Shown here piece by piece: positions 51,301 through 64,000 of a stretch of DNA of 64,000 nucleotides. Made by a program: the position numbers and the translations under genes. Within the stretch, counting starts at the first letter, position 1. Every line of letters starts with the position of its first letter. The DNA is from Raillietiella orientalis. Lineage: Eukaryota. The notes beneath the pieces were generated by a model. That model did no database searches. It had not been told where the DNA came from and was given only the letters and a program-made list of their open reading frames with translations. Where the stretch lies: the NCBI GenBank assembly GCA_036172245.1, contig JAYWIR010000002.1, positions 3,906,001 to 3,970,000 on the forward strand, given 5' to 3'.

Positions 51301-52943
51301 TTCATTCGCTCGGACGCAGTGCGCAGGATGGGCCCCGATGCGCGGCCCTCGCTCACGGTGGGAGATGGTAGTCCCTCCTCGATCCAGACTCTTCCCAGTC
51401 AGCAACCGTGGCGATCCCTTGCGTGGGATCGTGAGCAACCCGGCGGTGACCTTTCTGCTGTGAGCGCCAGTGGCAGGGTTCCCGGACGTGGGTTTTGGCG
51501 TTGCCTGTCTACCACCATTTCCTCTCACCTGTCCACACATGCCCTGCTTCGCCCTCCCTTGATGGGGCCAACCTTCCCCCCTCCCAGGTTTTCTTCTGCT
51601 CGCAATGCCTACAAGCGTCCTCAGGGTGGTCGTCCTCCTTTTCTCTTCCCCCTCAAACGAGGAGCACTGACCACTGCCGATCAGTAGGATCTCATTGGAT
51701 GATTTTGCGCGCGCAGCTGGATCGGGGGAAGGTTGCAGCAGGCTCCTCCCCGTCTCAGAGGCGGCCATTTCCTTCGGAGAATTCGGCAGGGACACCAGAC
51801 ATCCCGGCACTCGAGTGTCCCCGGCTCAGCTGGTGGACGCGTCCCCGATTGGCAGCAAAATCGGAACTCGCATACTTCAGGAAAGTTCCATTGATTTTCC
51901 TGAACATCCCCCCGGGTCGCTTAAAGTCTGCGCAAAAGAACGACCCTACGGCACGTGTTCTTTTCCGGCTCGTCATGGAGACCGCCTCCGCTCACATCGC
52001 GTCTTTTGTGGGTTCTGAAGGGCTATACGAGCCCCGTGGGTAATGCACGAATAACACGGGCATTTGTAAAAGATGGAAAAAATGTCTCCATGACAGCGAA
52101 ATATTTGAATGTTTATTTTAATTGAAACCAAAAAGAAAAGTAAAAAAAGGTTCTGTCTATTTGCCATTCAGCTTGAAGTGCAAAAAGATTCTAAAGTCTC
52201 GTTCAGTTTGATCCTTCTGTGGTTGAGCACATCCTCGTTGCTAAAAGATGCTGCTTCACCCCCGTTGCGCTGTTTTATCCAATCCGGATGGAATGGAACT
52301 CGATCTATTTAAGCCGCGTGCACGTACTCTTTTCGGGAAAAAATTTCGAACTGACCCTGTGCCGCCACGACTGAAATTGATCCACGGCGCCGTGCCACTC
52401 GAGGCTGACTTGCCGTATTGCACGAAGGCTACCGCCGCGACTTTTTGTTTCGTCCCGCCGCTGCACGCGAATCCGCGTCCACGTGGAGGATCTCCTGCGC
52501 TCCATGTGCCAGGTCGCGATGCAAGGTCTGGGGGTCACCTTCGCCGGACCCAAATACGGCTTCCCTTGCTGCTCCCGTTGTCACCCCTCCGAAACGAAGC
52601 GACACGCCAGCTTCCCGGGTCGATGGCTGCCGCTGCCTTTTGACGTAGACCACGGCGCGACTGGAGGCGCTGACCACTCTCCCTGAGTACGAAATGAAGG
52701 GTCTGCGGAGGACAGCATCGGTCCCTTCCTAAGGACACTCGCCTTGGGCTCGGATGCCCAAGTCGAGCAGGGGGCAGCTGAGCTCCCCTCCTCTACACGT
52801 TCGGCATTCCTGCTGGCGCGAACGCGTCTGCGTCGCAGACTCCGTTCCTTCGAAGATGCCTCTTCCTCTGGCACCGACCCGCAGGCACCTGCATATCCAC
52901 TTGCAATGGAACCGAACAGATGGGCAAAGTCCAAGGACGCAAG

Positions 52944-53022
52944 CGTGGCCTGCGTCGGCGGCTGTGTGGCTGCGGCCTCCGTGAGTGGAGCCAAGAGTTG
53001 CGGATTCGAATCCCACCCGGGG
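52944..53022 (+). pseudogene. tRNA-Arg-like decayed sequence or tRNA-derived SINE head
   Basis: GGCCTCCG[TGAGTG]GAGCCAAGAGTTGCGGATTCGAATCCCACCCGGGG resembles the 3' half of metazoan tRNA-Arg(CCN) and includes a B box. The T-stem is mismatched and the D arm and acceptor stem are not intact. Confidence 0.35.
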
Positions 53023-54199
53023 GAAGGAACAAAGCTGAGAAATGGATGCGGTTTTCGTGGGTTTCGAGTTCCTTCCCCCCTCCCTTGCAGGATGACACTG
53101 GTTGGCTTCTAGACTTTGGGTGCCGTGGCACCGGTGGAAGCCTGATGGCGCCGTTGAATGGTCGAGATTGGAAGTTAACCCTCCAGGGTCCTTCCAAGAA
53201 TTCAGGAGTCTTTCGCCCCCTCCCTGTTGTGAAAAGGGAGCCGTACCATGGAGAGAGTTTCCTTCCCCTGGGGGTCTCCCCTCTACAGTGTCAGAAGCGT
53301 ACTGGTCCCTTCGGAGAGAAAATGGGAAGCGTCCCTTCCGGGTTCTCTTAAGAGGAGCAAAGCAAGGAACGGTTCCTTTGAGGGTTCCCTCCGGAGAAAA
53401 TACAATGGAGCGACCCTCTGTCCTGGTGGTCCCCCCGGAGAGAATGACGAAGATGAGATTTCCTTCGGGGTCCCTCTCTCAAGCGTAAGAGAGTGACGGA
53501 CTCCTTCCTCCTCCGGAGACCTTCCTGGATATATAAAGCGGTTCCTACGGGGTTGCCTTTTGACTTCAAGAGTCACGCGCGCACCCTCGGGTGACGTGGA
53601 CGGTGCCAAAGAGCTTCGTGAGGTCCCCCCCAAAGTGGCGGACGGTTCTTCAGCGCTCCTTGAGGACCAAGAAAAGAAAAGGAAAACAGGAGGATAGGCA
53701 GCGAAAGCACAGGAGCTCCAAAGTGTTTCCACCGCCATGCACAAAGCGACGCCATCCAGCTGACGAGTCCGACAGCTTCAACGCAGACAGCCGCCTCCGA
53801 TTCCTCGCCTCCCGGGGCAGCGCCGCCAAGGAACTGGCTCGGGAAACCCTCTCCGGGAAGAAGATCCTCGCGCCGTCATCATATGACGATCCCGGAAAGT
53901 CCCTGCGTCTGGCAGTTCGTCTGGGAAGCTTTCAAGGATTCCCAGGGGGCCAACAGGATGGAACCAAGGGGAGGACCAAGGAGAGGCGAGCTTCCTTCGG
54001 ATCGGGACCTGCTGGAAGATTTTCCTGACGGAAGCCCCAAAATACTCGTGAGCGGAGTGACGTTCAGTGAGGGCACCAGGGCCAAAAAGTCTGCCTCCCC
54101 GATGAGAGCTGTCCGGAGAGGGCGCGCATGGAGACCCCCTTTGCAGGAATACACCGAGACCAAGGGAGGGCTATGCAGCACATAGGGGTGCGCCGTTCG

Positions 54200-56300
54200 C
54201 CCTTCTACTTTGTGATCCCAGGAGGACTTCCTCCGAACCGCTGGTCACGCGACTCGGCTGACCTTGCTTTTTAGTGGAGAGGTATTGCTACAAGCAGGGA
54301 AGGAGATGATGGCTCGTGGCGGCGTTGTGAAATCTGGGATGAGGTGTTGCCCCACATGACAAGCCACCGATTTCGTGAGGGCTCTCTGGTCTCCATACGA
54401 CGCGATGCTGCGTTGGGGAAAAATCAAGAACGCCGCGTGCGTCCTTGGACGCAGCAGAGCGAAAGTTGATGCCCAGCAACGGAAGAGAGGCCCCGGGGGA
54501 GTTGATTCCATCCGCGACCAGATTTGGCTTTGCGGAAGAGCGGTAGTATGGCGGTGCTGGGCGCATGTGCTGTCCACGGGAAATGGAGAGGTTTTCAGCA
54601 TAGCCCTCAAAAGAAAAGGTCAGCAAGCATCAGGTTGCCCGCTGACAGCTTGCAGCGGGAGGGAATCAGCGCAGAGCGCACGTTTCCATCATCGAACCAC
54701 TTGGAACCTGGAACCCTGTGATTGTTGCCTTGCTGCGTGACTGGGGAGTCCCAGAAAAGTGTTTAGTGGAAAACTCTGTGGGGAAAAAAAAAAGAAAAAA
54801 AGTGGCACACGTATCCGGCACACCCGAGGCATCTGCTGGCATCTGCCCCGGGTGTGCTCGGGAATGCCTCGCCGACGACGCGGAAACCACTCCCCGGTCG
54901 AACGGTGGAGCCCGACCGAGACAGCTCCTCAACGAATGGACGTCCTGCAAGGAGGAACAGCAGGGCATCCAGAAGAATAAAATCCACAGACTTCATGTTG
55001 AAGGCTTCCATTCCTACCAGAGATAGAAGAGAACGCATAGACGATGAGGGGCCCTTCCGTATCCGTTATCTACTGTGTACCCCAATCTCTCTAAACACAA
55101 CTCTGTTCTCATTGTCTTAATGTCTGAGACACCATCCATCTCTGGCTTCGTTTTGGCGATTGTCGACTCTGTCAGCCTTCTTGCTGAGCGGCGGGATGAA
55201 ATCGCCTAGCGATAGGGACCTTCAATCCGCCAATCCCTCCCTGCGTCTTCGAAGATTCCGAATGCGGGATCATTTAGGAATGTATTTTCATTAGATCGGG
55301 ATCCTCTGCTATCTGAGACATGTCGAACACTTCTGTGCAGTTCATCCTCGGGATCCAACGAGCCAGCATCAGCGATCCAACTCCCATCCTTAGCACGCGA
55401 TGCCATCCAGGTCCGGGAAGGGATTTTCGGTTTCGTGGAGTTTCGCCGCAATCCCCTCCATCTTAAGGGACGTGAGGTCACTTGGAAAGGTTGGGTCTTT
55501 CCCTTACGATCTGGGTGTTTTCCTCCCTGATGACATGTTTTCTTCCGATGGCGTTTCGAATGATACAGCGAGGTTGTTCTGTCGCTTCGCCAGCGGGTGC
55601 CTTGCAGTGCCCGACCTCTTGTTCTTGTCGCTCGCTCCCATCTGACTCCAGCTTGCAGTTTCCGGACGTCGCTTCTCTTCATGAGGCCTGCCGGCTTCCT
55701 CTGCGACCATCGTCCCAGCTGGCAGCACTCGCGCACGTTTCGCGCCAGTCCTGAAACGGCACACTTTCAGAGCAGTCCCGGTGCAGGTCGTCTCCAGCTG
55801 TTTGGTTCTGGCAATCCTGCCGTTACCACTCGCAAGGTCCATCCGATGAGTCCTCTTCTCGAATGTTCCTTCTTTGCCTTCGGTCGCGTCCCTCCTGTGT
55901 CGCTCGGTTTCGTCATGGGAGTCGCTTTCGAGTCCTAGTCTAACCTCCTCTAAATCCGGGAAGCCAACGGCCATTGGTTTCTCTCCATCCTCAGCAGTGA
56001 CCCATCCTTTACCGCTGCACTGACTTCCCCCATGCCCTTTGCACTGAGTCCTCGAGGGCAGAGTGAGCCGCAGTGGGGAACCGCTGCTTCTCCCTTCTCC
56101 CAGTCCTGGGGACTCGCACACCTTGGAAGCCCTTCTGCCTCTGTGCGAAGACCAACCCTGCTGGCCGCTTATCCGCGGATCAGATTCTTCCCACCCCGTT
56201 TCTCTGGATGTCCACTCTCGGTCCTGACATCTTGGTAGCGGAATCTTCCGGATGGAGTCTCGGTCTCCGTCCGAAGCCGCGTCCTCGGAGGACGTTGGCA
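54200..56300 (-). mobile_element. Possible second degenerate LINE ORF2 fossil
   Basis: Minus-strand traces EMDGVSD (like GPDG), IRKGPSSSMRSLLSL (like IPK..YRPISL), GSGFR and ENLSISRG, in RT order. The similarity is weak. Confidence 0.3.
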
Positions 56301-57499
56301 TGCCGGCAGGGTAACCCACTGACGGATCGTGAGGCGGCAGCTTTGCCATCTGCCTCAGGGGAAGACCCAGGGCACTGGGTCTTCCCCTGAGGCGGCCCCC
56401 CCATGCGATTTGCAGTTAGGGAAAGAGGCCAGGCATTCTCATGCCGGAGGTTCTCCTGAACCTGCCCTGCGGGAGGCAGTAACTCCCGGTACAATTCTTT
56501 GGCTACCTTCGGAGCAGAAGCTGCGCCACGCCAACCCATCTCTCGGATGACGTGGCCGCGACCGCCCCTGGAATCCCGGCGAGCAGCAGCCGCGCCTTTC
56601 AGGTAGGCATGTCCGCAGAAAGTGGTTGGTTGATCCGCCACTGTGCTGCAGCGGCTGAGGGGGAGGGGGAGGAAGATGGATGAACGGAGAAGGTGCAGAT
56701 GCTACAAACCCCGGTTTGCTCCTCCTGGCAACGGGACCGGCACCCGCTCGATCCTCTGAGAGGAAGTCGAGGATCGCTCCTCCGCAGCCCAGAGATATTG
56801 CCCATGGATACACAGAGATACTGGAAAGTACAGCGCGTGGAAGATCAAGCAGATCCGGTCCGGATGGAGAGAACGCGACGAGCTATGACCCGAGTTCCAG
56901 GGAGCAGCTCCTCCGGGATTCGTCCTGCGAGCGAGACGAAAGGAAGGAAGAGGAACGGCAAGGACTTCTTCAAGGGCTCGCGACAGGAAACACCGCTTCC
57001 GCAGACGCGGACAATCCTTTCACCCCCTCCTCCCCTTGAGCGCGCTCTCCCTGGTCCAGATTTTCCCGGAACCCTGCGTCCTTGCATCCGCTTTCTCCAT
57101 TCCCCTCTCCCGCCATCTTTCCCGAGGTCTCACTGCTCCGAGCGTCCCTCCGGGTCTTTTGCGTCGGGACGGGAGAAAGGGAGCAGCAGCATACACTTCC
57201 CGTCTCCTGGGTAACCCCGCTGATCCCCCAGCAACTTCCCGGCCGCCTTAGGGAAAGGATCGGCAGGAAGGAAGGGCGTCTCTCCGGTGTAGGACCAGGG
57301 GAGGGAGGAGGAAGGCGAGGAGGATCCCTCGATCCCCACGCGAGCTCGAGAGAAGCCACCCACAGAAGGCACGCGCTGGCTTGGATGGAAAGCCTTTCGG
57401 GGCCGTTGGCTCCCTCGAGACGCGCTCCACCTTCGAAGAGGTTCCAGGCCGTCCTCACGACGGACAGATGAGACGGCGGGGTTTGCAGTCTCCGGAAAA

Positions 57500-60400
57500 T
57501 CCAGCGCTCAAACGATTTTTTCCCCCTCCCCACCCCTTCCTCCAAAGGGAACTCCTAGCAGCAGCAGCGCCCTCTTCGTTGTCAACACTGGGCAGATACA
57601 CCCCTCGCGCGATCCGCCCCCGAGGGAGGTGCGTAGCCAGGAGCCGCGCAGAGTCGAGGCGGGCCGGACCGGTTCCCAGGGAAACGAGCCGAAGACAATG
57701 GTTTCCACTCCCCCCTTCTTCCCTCCTTGCCCCAGGGCTGCGAAAGGAAGCCATCATCCTCGTTTCGGAGCCGCCATTATCGTCTTCTAATTGCTTTCGT
57801 GTGGGGTTGACGCGGACGATTTCTTTAATGGCACCCGCAGGAAGTGGACACCTCGGGTCGACTCCCGTGCGAACGACCGCATAATGCGAACCCGCGCACC
57901 GCAATCCCATCCGCGGTGTTCTCCCCTCCCCTCCCCTCCCCTTCCCACCTTCCCTTTTCTCCCCCGCAGGATCGCAGTGGCCAGCACGGGACGCGCGGAA
58001 GCAGTCACCCCCTCCCCTTCGCCTCGTTCCCCCGCTGTTCGCCTTGTCCACCGCTCGTCTTCTCGCGCTCTCGGCTGCGCCCCGTCCTCCTCCATGGAAC
58101 CGCGCGCGCACCTCGGAAGCGAAATCCACGAGGGAGAGAAAAAGGGGAGCAGGTGGCAGGGAAGCGGCGAGGAACCGAACGAGCGCTTTCTCCTCGCTCT
58201 TCCCCCGGAAGCGGGAAGCAGGCTCGGCTGCCCTTTGGAAGAAGTAGGGGAGCAAGGGAGGGGGGGAGGAGGAATGGGAAGGACGGCGAAAGGGCGGCGT
58301 TGCCTTTTACCGTTTGGTTGCTGCTGCCCCTTCCCCCGAGACCGAGGTGTCCGGCCGCTGCTCGTCCTTGTCCTCCCGTCGTCGGCTACTGCACCGCGAG
58401 TCGCATCTCAGTCAACGGAGTGCGCACGCACCCCCTCTCCCTCCCTACCGAGCGCAAGACCCGGCCGCGAGAGCGCGGGCAGGACGGACGGACGGTCCGC
58501 GGGATTCCGGAGCAGCAACATCCTGCACGACTCTACGCAAGTAAGGCGTCCGCCCGCGAGGGGCAGCACTTGGAGGGCACTCGAGGGCGTGCACGGCGTC
58601 GGCTCGAGGGGGCACTGCCGCGAGGCATCTTTCTCTGCGAGGGGAAAAAAATCCTCCACCGCTTCCAGGTCACTCCGTCGCCGCTCTCCATTGTGTTTTT
58701 TGTTTTTTTTGTCCCCTGTCTCCATGGAGCTTTTCCCTGGTCCGCGATCTTCGGGGACGGATGGAAGAAGAATCCGCGCAACGATCTGCAGATCCTCCTG
58801 CTCTCCACGCTCACCCCTTCCCCCCCCCCTCCCTGCCGAGGAGGCGGCGGTAGCAGCAGCTTTTCGGGACTCCTTGCTATCCCGGAAAGGGAGAGGACCA
58901 AAAAGGTCCCGCCGTCGGGTCTCAGGTCAGCGCGTCGGCTGGTCTGGAAGGGCGGCCGCGCGTTTCCAAGGGCGCGAGAGTCGGCGGCCCGGGGACGGGA
59001 GCGTCCCTCCGGGAGTCACCGCCCCTGCGCCTGAGGGCGGGTTCCCATTCCCTCTTCCACCCTCCCGCTCGCCGTCTGGGACGACGATGCCACCGAGCAC
59101 GGGATGAGGAGGAAGGGCGAGAGCGGAAGGCGCGTGGTCCAGAGGAAGTCGGAGGTGGGTCGGGACCGGAAGAACTGCCCTCACCTCTCCCGTCCTTGCG
59201 AATGGGGGCCGCAGCGCCTGTTCCGGGAGAGGGTGAGGCTGAAGGCGCGGGTAACACTTCCTAGGGAGCCCTTCGCCGCCGCCCCTGCCGCGACGGCGGG
59301 GTCAGGCCGCAGCCATGCTTCCGCTCGACCGCTGTACGGGGCGAGCCTCGCCGCGAGGGTGCCAACCCATCCCCACTCCCCGCCCCTCTTCCGAGGACCA
59401 TGTGGCCGCCTTCCGTCGGAAGCATTAGCGGGTCCGCCTCAAGCGCGAGCGAGCGAGCAGGTCGCGGGAGGCCCACAGGGGAGAGGGGGGAAGAAGCTGA
59501 GACCGCCGTGCCTCCCGTCGAGGTCCGCCGGGAAGGTCGCCCTCCGGGCAGAGCGGGACGCGGCGGCGGGCGATCCGGGAAGATGATTGCTCCGGAGGAA
59601 CCCATCGCGGAAAGAAAGGAGAAGGAGGGGGGAATGTCCTTAAATAAAGGGACCTCCTCCGAGAAAGGAATCCCCCACCTTCTCTCTCATAGGAAAAAAA
59701 AAAAAAGGGGGTGCCCCCCTCCTAATCCCCTCCGTGAGCCGCAAGCGGCGAGGATGGAGTGGCAGAGGGCCCTGGAGAGACCCCCTCGTCTATCCCTCCC
59801 GGATGCAGGGCAGCAGCGGGGACTCAGCACCTACTCCCCTGATTTCTCCCCACATCCCGCCACTTCGTCGCGTGGACGTACCTAACGGAGTTACGGGGCA
59901 CGGAAGCCAGGGGAGGGCTCGGGATCGCCTCTGACCCTACGGAAAGTGGTGGTGGTTGTGTGAGAGGGGGGGAAATCTCCCTGAAGCGCGAGCCCCGGAG
60001 CGCCGCTTGCTCCGGCTGCCTCTCCTGCCCCTTGGCGAGTCCTGGAAGTCGAGGGCCCTCCCCCGCTTCCCGTCGAGCGCCCTCTTGCGCCTGCGCGGAG
60101 ACTCCCCTCACGCTCCCCTGCGTCCCCACGTCACCCGGAGACGGGGAAGGAAGGCGGGCGGCGGCCCTGCTGCGAGCCGGCCCGCAATGCGAGGGACGTG
60201 CTCCCTCCCCCCTCCGGCCCGCTGAGCTCCCCTCGATCCTCCGAAGATAAGCCGCTGCCGGGACAGGATCGCCGATCCTCCCCCCCCCCCTTCCTCAATC
60301 CTGTTTTTCCCCTTGATCCCTTGTGCCAACCGTCAGGATGGGAAGCGTCGCAAGACAGCGTGAGAGGAGGAGCTCCGGGCGCTCCCCTCCGAGCCCTCGC

Positions 60401-63400
60401 GTGCGCACGCGCGGAGGGAGGGGCGGCGCCAGGCGTGACCCGCGCAGCTGCCGCGTCCAGCCGAATGCCGGCTCGCGCGGCGACCGAGTCGCAGTGCGCC
60501 GTCGGAGGGCGACTGAGGCGCGCGCGCGTGTCGCGGATGCTGTGCTGCTGCGCCCGTGTATCGCCGCCCGTCTCGGCACGGGGTGAGTCCCGGGTTTCTT
60601 TTTCTTCCCTTCCTTTCGACGGGGAGTGGGTGGGCGGGAGAGGGATGTGGTAGCGGGGAAAAGAGCTGCCTGGTCTCGCCCGCCACCGCCTCCTGGGCAA
60701 TGCGGGGGAGCGGCACCCACGGCGAGAGTGCCAGGAGGAAGGATGGGACGTCGTCTCCTGTCGCCTTCTCCATCGCCGCTCGGATGGGAGGAGGGTGGGG
60801 GTGAACGGAGGGTGGGGCGTCGTGTATGCGCGCGCGGAATAGGGCAGCGGGCGCCGAGGCTCCCTTTGCCGCAGTAACTCGCAAGGAAGAAGGAGGGCGT
60901 TCTTATTCACCTCCGCTCCACCCGTACCAGAAACCCATGCTTCATCCGCACTCCTTTCCCCCTCCCCATACTCTGGACCTCCTCCACGACTCCTTGAAGG
61001 AGGACTCCGACGTGCGTCCCTCGGGGCCGCCCGAGACCGACTTTGCTTCCGGGAAGGACCAGGTCGGGATGCCTCCCACGACCGTCTCCCCCCTCCCAAA
61101 GGAGGGGCGGGCAGTCCCTTCTCTCCCTCCCCACAGGTGCAAAGGTAGACTGCCTGTTGTCCCTCTCCTCTCCTTCGCCGCAAGGGAAATCCTCAGCCGC
61201 TCTGCTGGCGCCGGCCGGGGGGACGCGGCACTCCCTGCTGAGTGGGGTAAAAAATGGGACTCGAGGGAGGGACATGTGCTCCCGGCTTCTGCGGTCGTTC
61301 TTCTGCTGCTCACGCGTGTGCCCTGTTCTGCCACCGTCTCCCTCCTAGACGTTCCCCCGGGGGACGCTGCACTCCTGCTTGCCGGTCTCCGTCCGCAGCT
61401 TCTGCTCCTTCCCCTCCCCTTTCCCTTACCACTTACCCCTGGGAAGTCCCGAATCCGGAACGGCCGAGCCTCCGGGAGATGGCCCTTCCCGGTGTTTTCT
61501 CCGGACCTCGGAGACTCGCTCCGGTTCACCTTAGAGAGTCCCCGGACGACCGCTTGCGCCTCCTCCCTCCGCTACCCCTTTTCCACAAATTTTTTTTCCT
61601 GCCCTGCTTCCTCCGCTGGAGATGCTCCTCGAAGCTCCGATACGGGACCCCGGGGGTCGTCTTGGAACACGCACAGGGTTCTCGCCACTCCTTCCTCCCT
61701 AGAGGCCCCCGCGCTCGCGGAAGGGCTCATTCGGGGCGGGAGTTCTCCGGATTCGTGCGAGCTGTCCGGCAGTTTTCCAAGGGCGCGCTCTTGACGCAGG
61801 AATGCTCCCCGAGTCGTCGTCACGGCAACGAGAGCCTCCCCTCTATGCTCGCCTCGGCGTGCACACGGCGACACCGCAACAATGCTGCGCGAGTCGCGCA
61901 GACGACGGCGACCCCGTCCTGCGCAACCGCGACCGCAGCGACAATGGATGTGCTCCTCTTGTTGTCGCTGCGGCAACGGAACCTCTGCGCTTCGTCACTC
62001 ACTGCGCCCCGCTGCCGCTGACAGAAATCTCCGTCCGGAGCGCGCAACTCGCGTCACCCAGAGGGGGTTGCATGAGCCCCTTCGCTGCTGCCGCCGCCAC
62101 CATCTCCGGGGCTCGCCCACCCCGACCCAAGCACCCTCCGCAACTCGAACCGGCGCGCGGGGATGCTGCATGATCGAGGGGGCCGCATCACACATAAGCG
62201 CCCCCTGCAATTCCGAGCCGGAGAGGGGAATCCTTCCTTCCTAGGGCCGCTCCGCATTCCATCTCTGCTCCGGGGTGCAGAGCCGCAGGGCAGATTCCTC
62301 AGATTCGCCGGCAACGGGCGTGTCCACTCTCTTCCCCTCCCTCTCCCCGCCGGCCCCTCGCTTCCCCGGGCCACTCGGGAAAGCCTCAGACGAACCTTTC
62401 GAGGCGCTTCCACCAGCACCCTGTGTGGCGGACACTGTTGTTGTTGTTGCCTGTTGCTGCTGACGTGTTCCTGGCCGTTGCTCCATCGCCGTCCCGGGCT
62501 GCTCCCCTTCTGTGTTTTTTTTTTTACTTCCCCCCCCCCTTCATCTTCTCATTTTTGTGTTTGCTTTTATTGCTGTCGGGGGAGGCAGCGGAATGCTTTC
62601 CCTTCCCACGAAGACCGAGAGGGGTCAGGAGCACCCTGCCGGGTCAACCCCGCCGCCGGCTCCGCCTCCGACGCGTCGCACGCGAGAAGTACGCAGGTGG
62701 GGAGCGAGAATAGGGGGAGAGAGCATGTCGCGACGGACGGACGCCCCTCTTCCCTGACGCCACCGCACACCCCACCCTCTGGAGGGAGGAGGGACATGAG
62801 CGCAGGGACCCCGATCGGTAGCGCTGATGACCTGTTGTACGGGTCGGGTTGCTCAAGGAGGAGGAGGGAAGGAGCGGATTCAAGGAGCGTCGCCACTCCC
62901 CCTTCCATCCCCCACCCCTTCTCCCGTTCCCGGTGGGGGCGGTGGGACAGCTATCCCGAAGAGCTTGGGATCGTCGTTATCTGGGGACAAGGACTTCGAG
63001 AGGCGACTCCGCTGCCGTCCCTCCGCCGGACTTCGCTGCTGCAACCCCACGACCTCGTCTCCCACGTGGGCTCCCGTTCGATGACTGTCTCTGCCGACGG
63101 GAGGGGACACGCTATCCGACGTGCCCGCCCCCGATTCCCTCCTCCTCCTCCCGTGGGGACGACGGCGCGCTTGAGAATGCTCTGAGCGGAGCAACTTCAG
63201 CGGAGCGTGCAGAATCGCCCCTTCCTGTCCCCCTCCTTCCCGCCCCCCCGTTGTCGTCCCTCGGAGTTGCCGCCAGGCAGCAGCCACGCCGCCAAGGTCG
63301 CGCGGCCGGCCAGGGAGCGCCCTGCGCATTCCTGGCTCGTCCGTTCTCGCGGACTCATGGAGCGGACCAACCTCCTGCTAATCCCCTCGAGAAGATCGCC

Positions 63401-64000
63401 GTGGTGCGGCCATCGGCACGCGTCCCCCTCCCCCTTTCCCCTCCCTGCTTCTCGTTTCCCCGGCAACGGCCCGAGTTAATTGTACCCCGCCACCGCCACC
63501 CTCACCCCGTCTATCTGGAGCGCTCAGGAATGCGTGACGGCGGGCTCCTCCGCCCCAGTTTTTCTCTCCCCCCCCCCTTCCCCTTCCCCCTCGGCTCCGT
63601 TTTCGATCGGTGCGGGTGGGCGGAGGCTTGGCGCAATCGAAGCGGCCTTGAGCAGGGTGGAAGGGACAGGGGGATGCCTCACACTCTCGCCCCCACGCAC
63701 CGTCCCCTCCAAGACCGTTCAGAGGCTCCCAAGACTCCTTAGGACCCTTCGCATCCGGAGAGGAACACGCGCGCAGCTGGCCCTGTCTTGGCGCCAGCGA
63801 GCGGTTGCTGCCTGCCCCCTTCCCCCGAGAAGTTCCGAAGAGAAGGCAGGAGAAGAGGGGGGACGCAGGAGGGTAGGGAGAAAAAGGGACTCCTCCCTTG
63901 GCCGGGTTGCCCTTCGGAAGCGAAGCCTCTGACTTTATCCCTCCTTCCGTGAGAGAACTTCCCGCAGAAGGATTCAGGGCGGAGATCGCGTTCCCCTCTC
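57500..64000. other. Extended CpG-island-like, G/C-run-rich region with no recognisable coding exon
   Basis: Very high GC, abundant CpG and many poly-G/poly-C runs. ORFs in all six frames are R/P/G/S-rich and lack known motifs. Confidence 0.7.

Noticed and set aside
57791-63742. Many 250-440 aa ORFs in the GC-rich domain (also 42976-44202 and 7405-8849)
   Set aside because: They overlap in all six frames, are R/P/G/S-rich and lack motifs. This is expected from stop scarcity at high GC.
1-64000. CRISPR array, rRNA, snRNA, telomeric repeats or prokaryotic operon
   Set aside because: No regularly spaced repeats or recognisable signatures were seen by eye, and the gene structure is spliceosomal eukaryotic.

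Overview
Eukaryotic DNA, most likely from an invertebrate animal, with very short GT-AG introns (35-58 nt). Three conserved genes can be reconstructed by hand: the 3' part of glycine N-methyltransferase (GNMT, +, 414-4936), a complete 6-exon ATAD1/Msp1 AAA ATPase (-, 32654-33946) and a 4-exon METTL7/TMT1-like methyltransferase (+, 44014-44968). There is also one intact 3.3-kb orphan ORF (-, 12252-15578). Much of the rest looks like heavily decayed non-LTR retrotransposons (LINEs), recognisable only as colinear traces of endonuclease, RT, RNase H and zinc-knuckle motifs. The window is a mosaic of AT-rich domains (about 1-1.5, 16.5-25 and 29.5-36 kb) and GC/CpG-rich domains (about 5-11.5 and 36-64 kb). 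The best leads are a GC3 switch inside GNMT across a domain boundary, LINE fossils that match the composition of whichever domain they sit in, CpG depletion over the ATAD1 gene body, and the orphan ORF. I saw no CRISPR array, rRNA, intact tRNA or intact mobile element, and I cannot prove a new biological system from this sequence alone. All counts are hand estimates and no database search was run.
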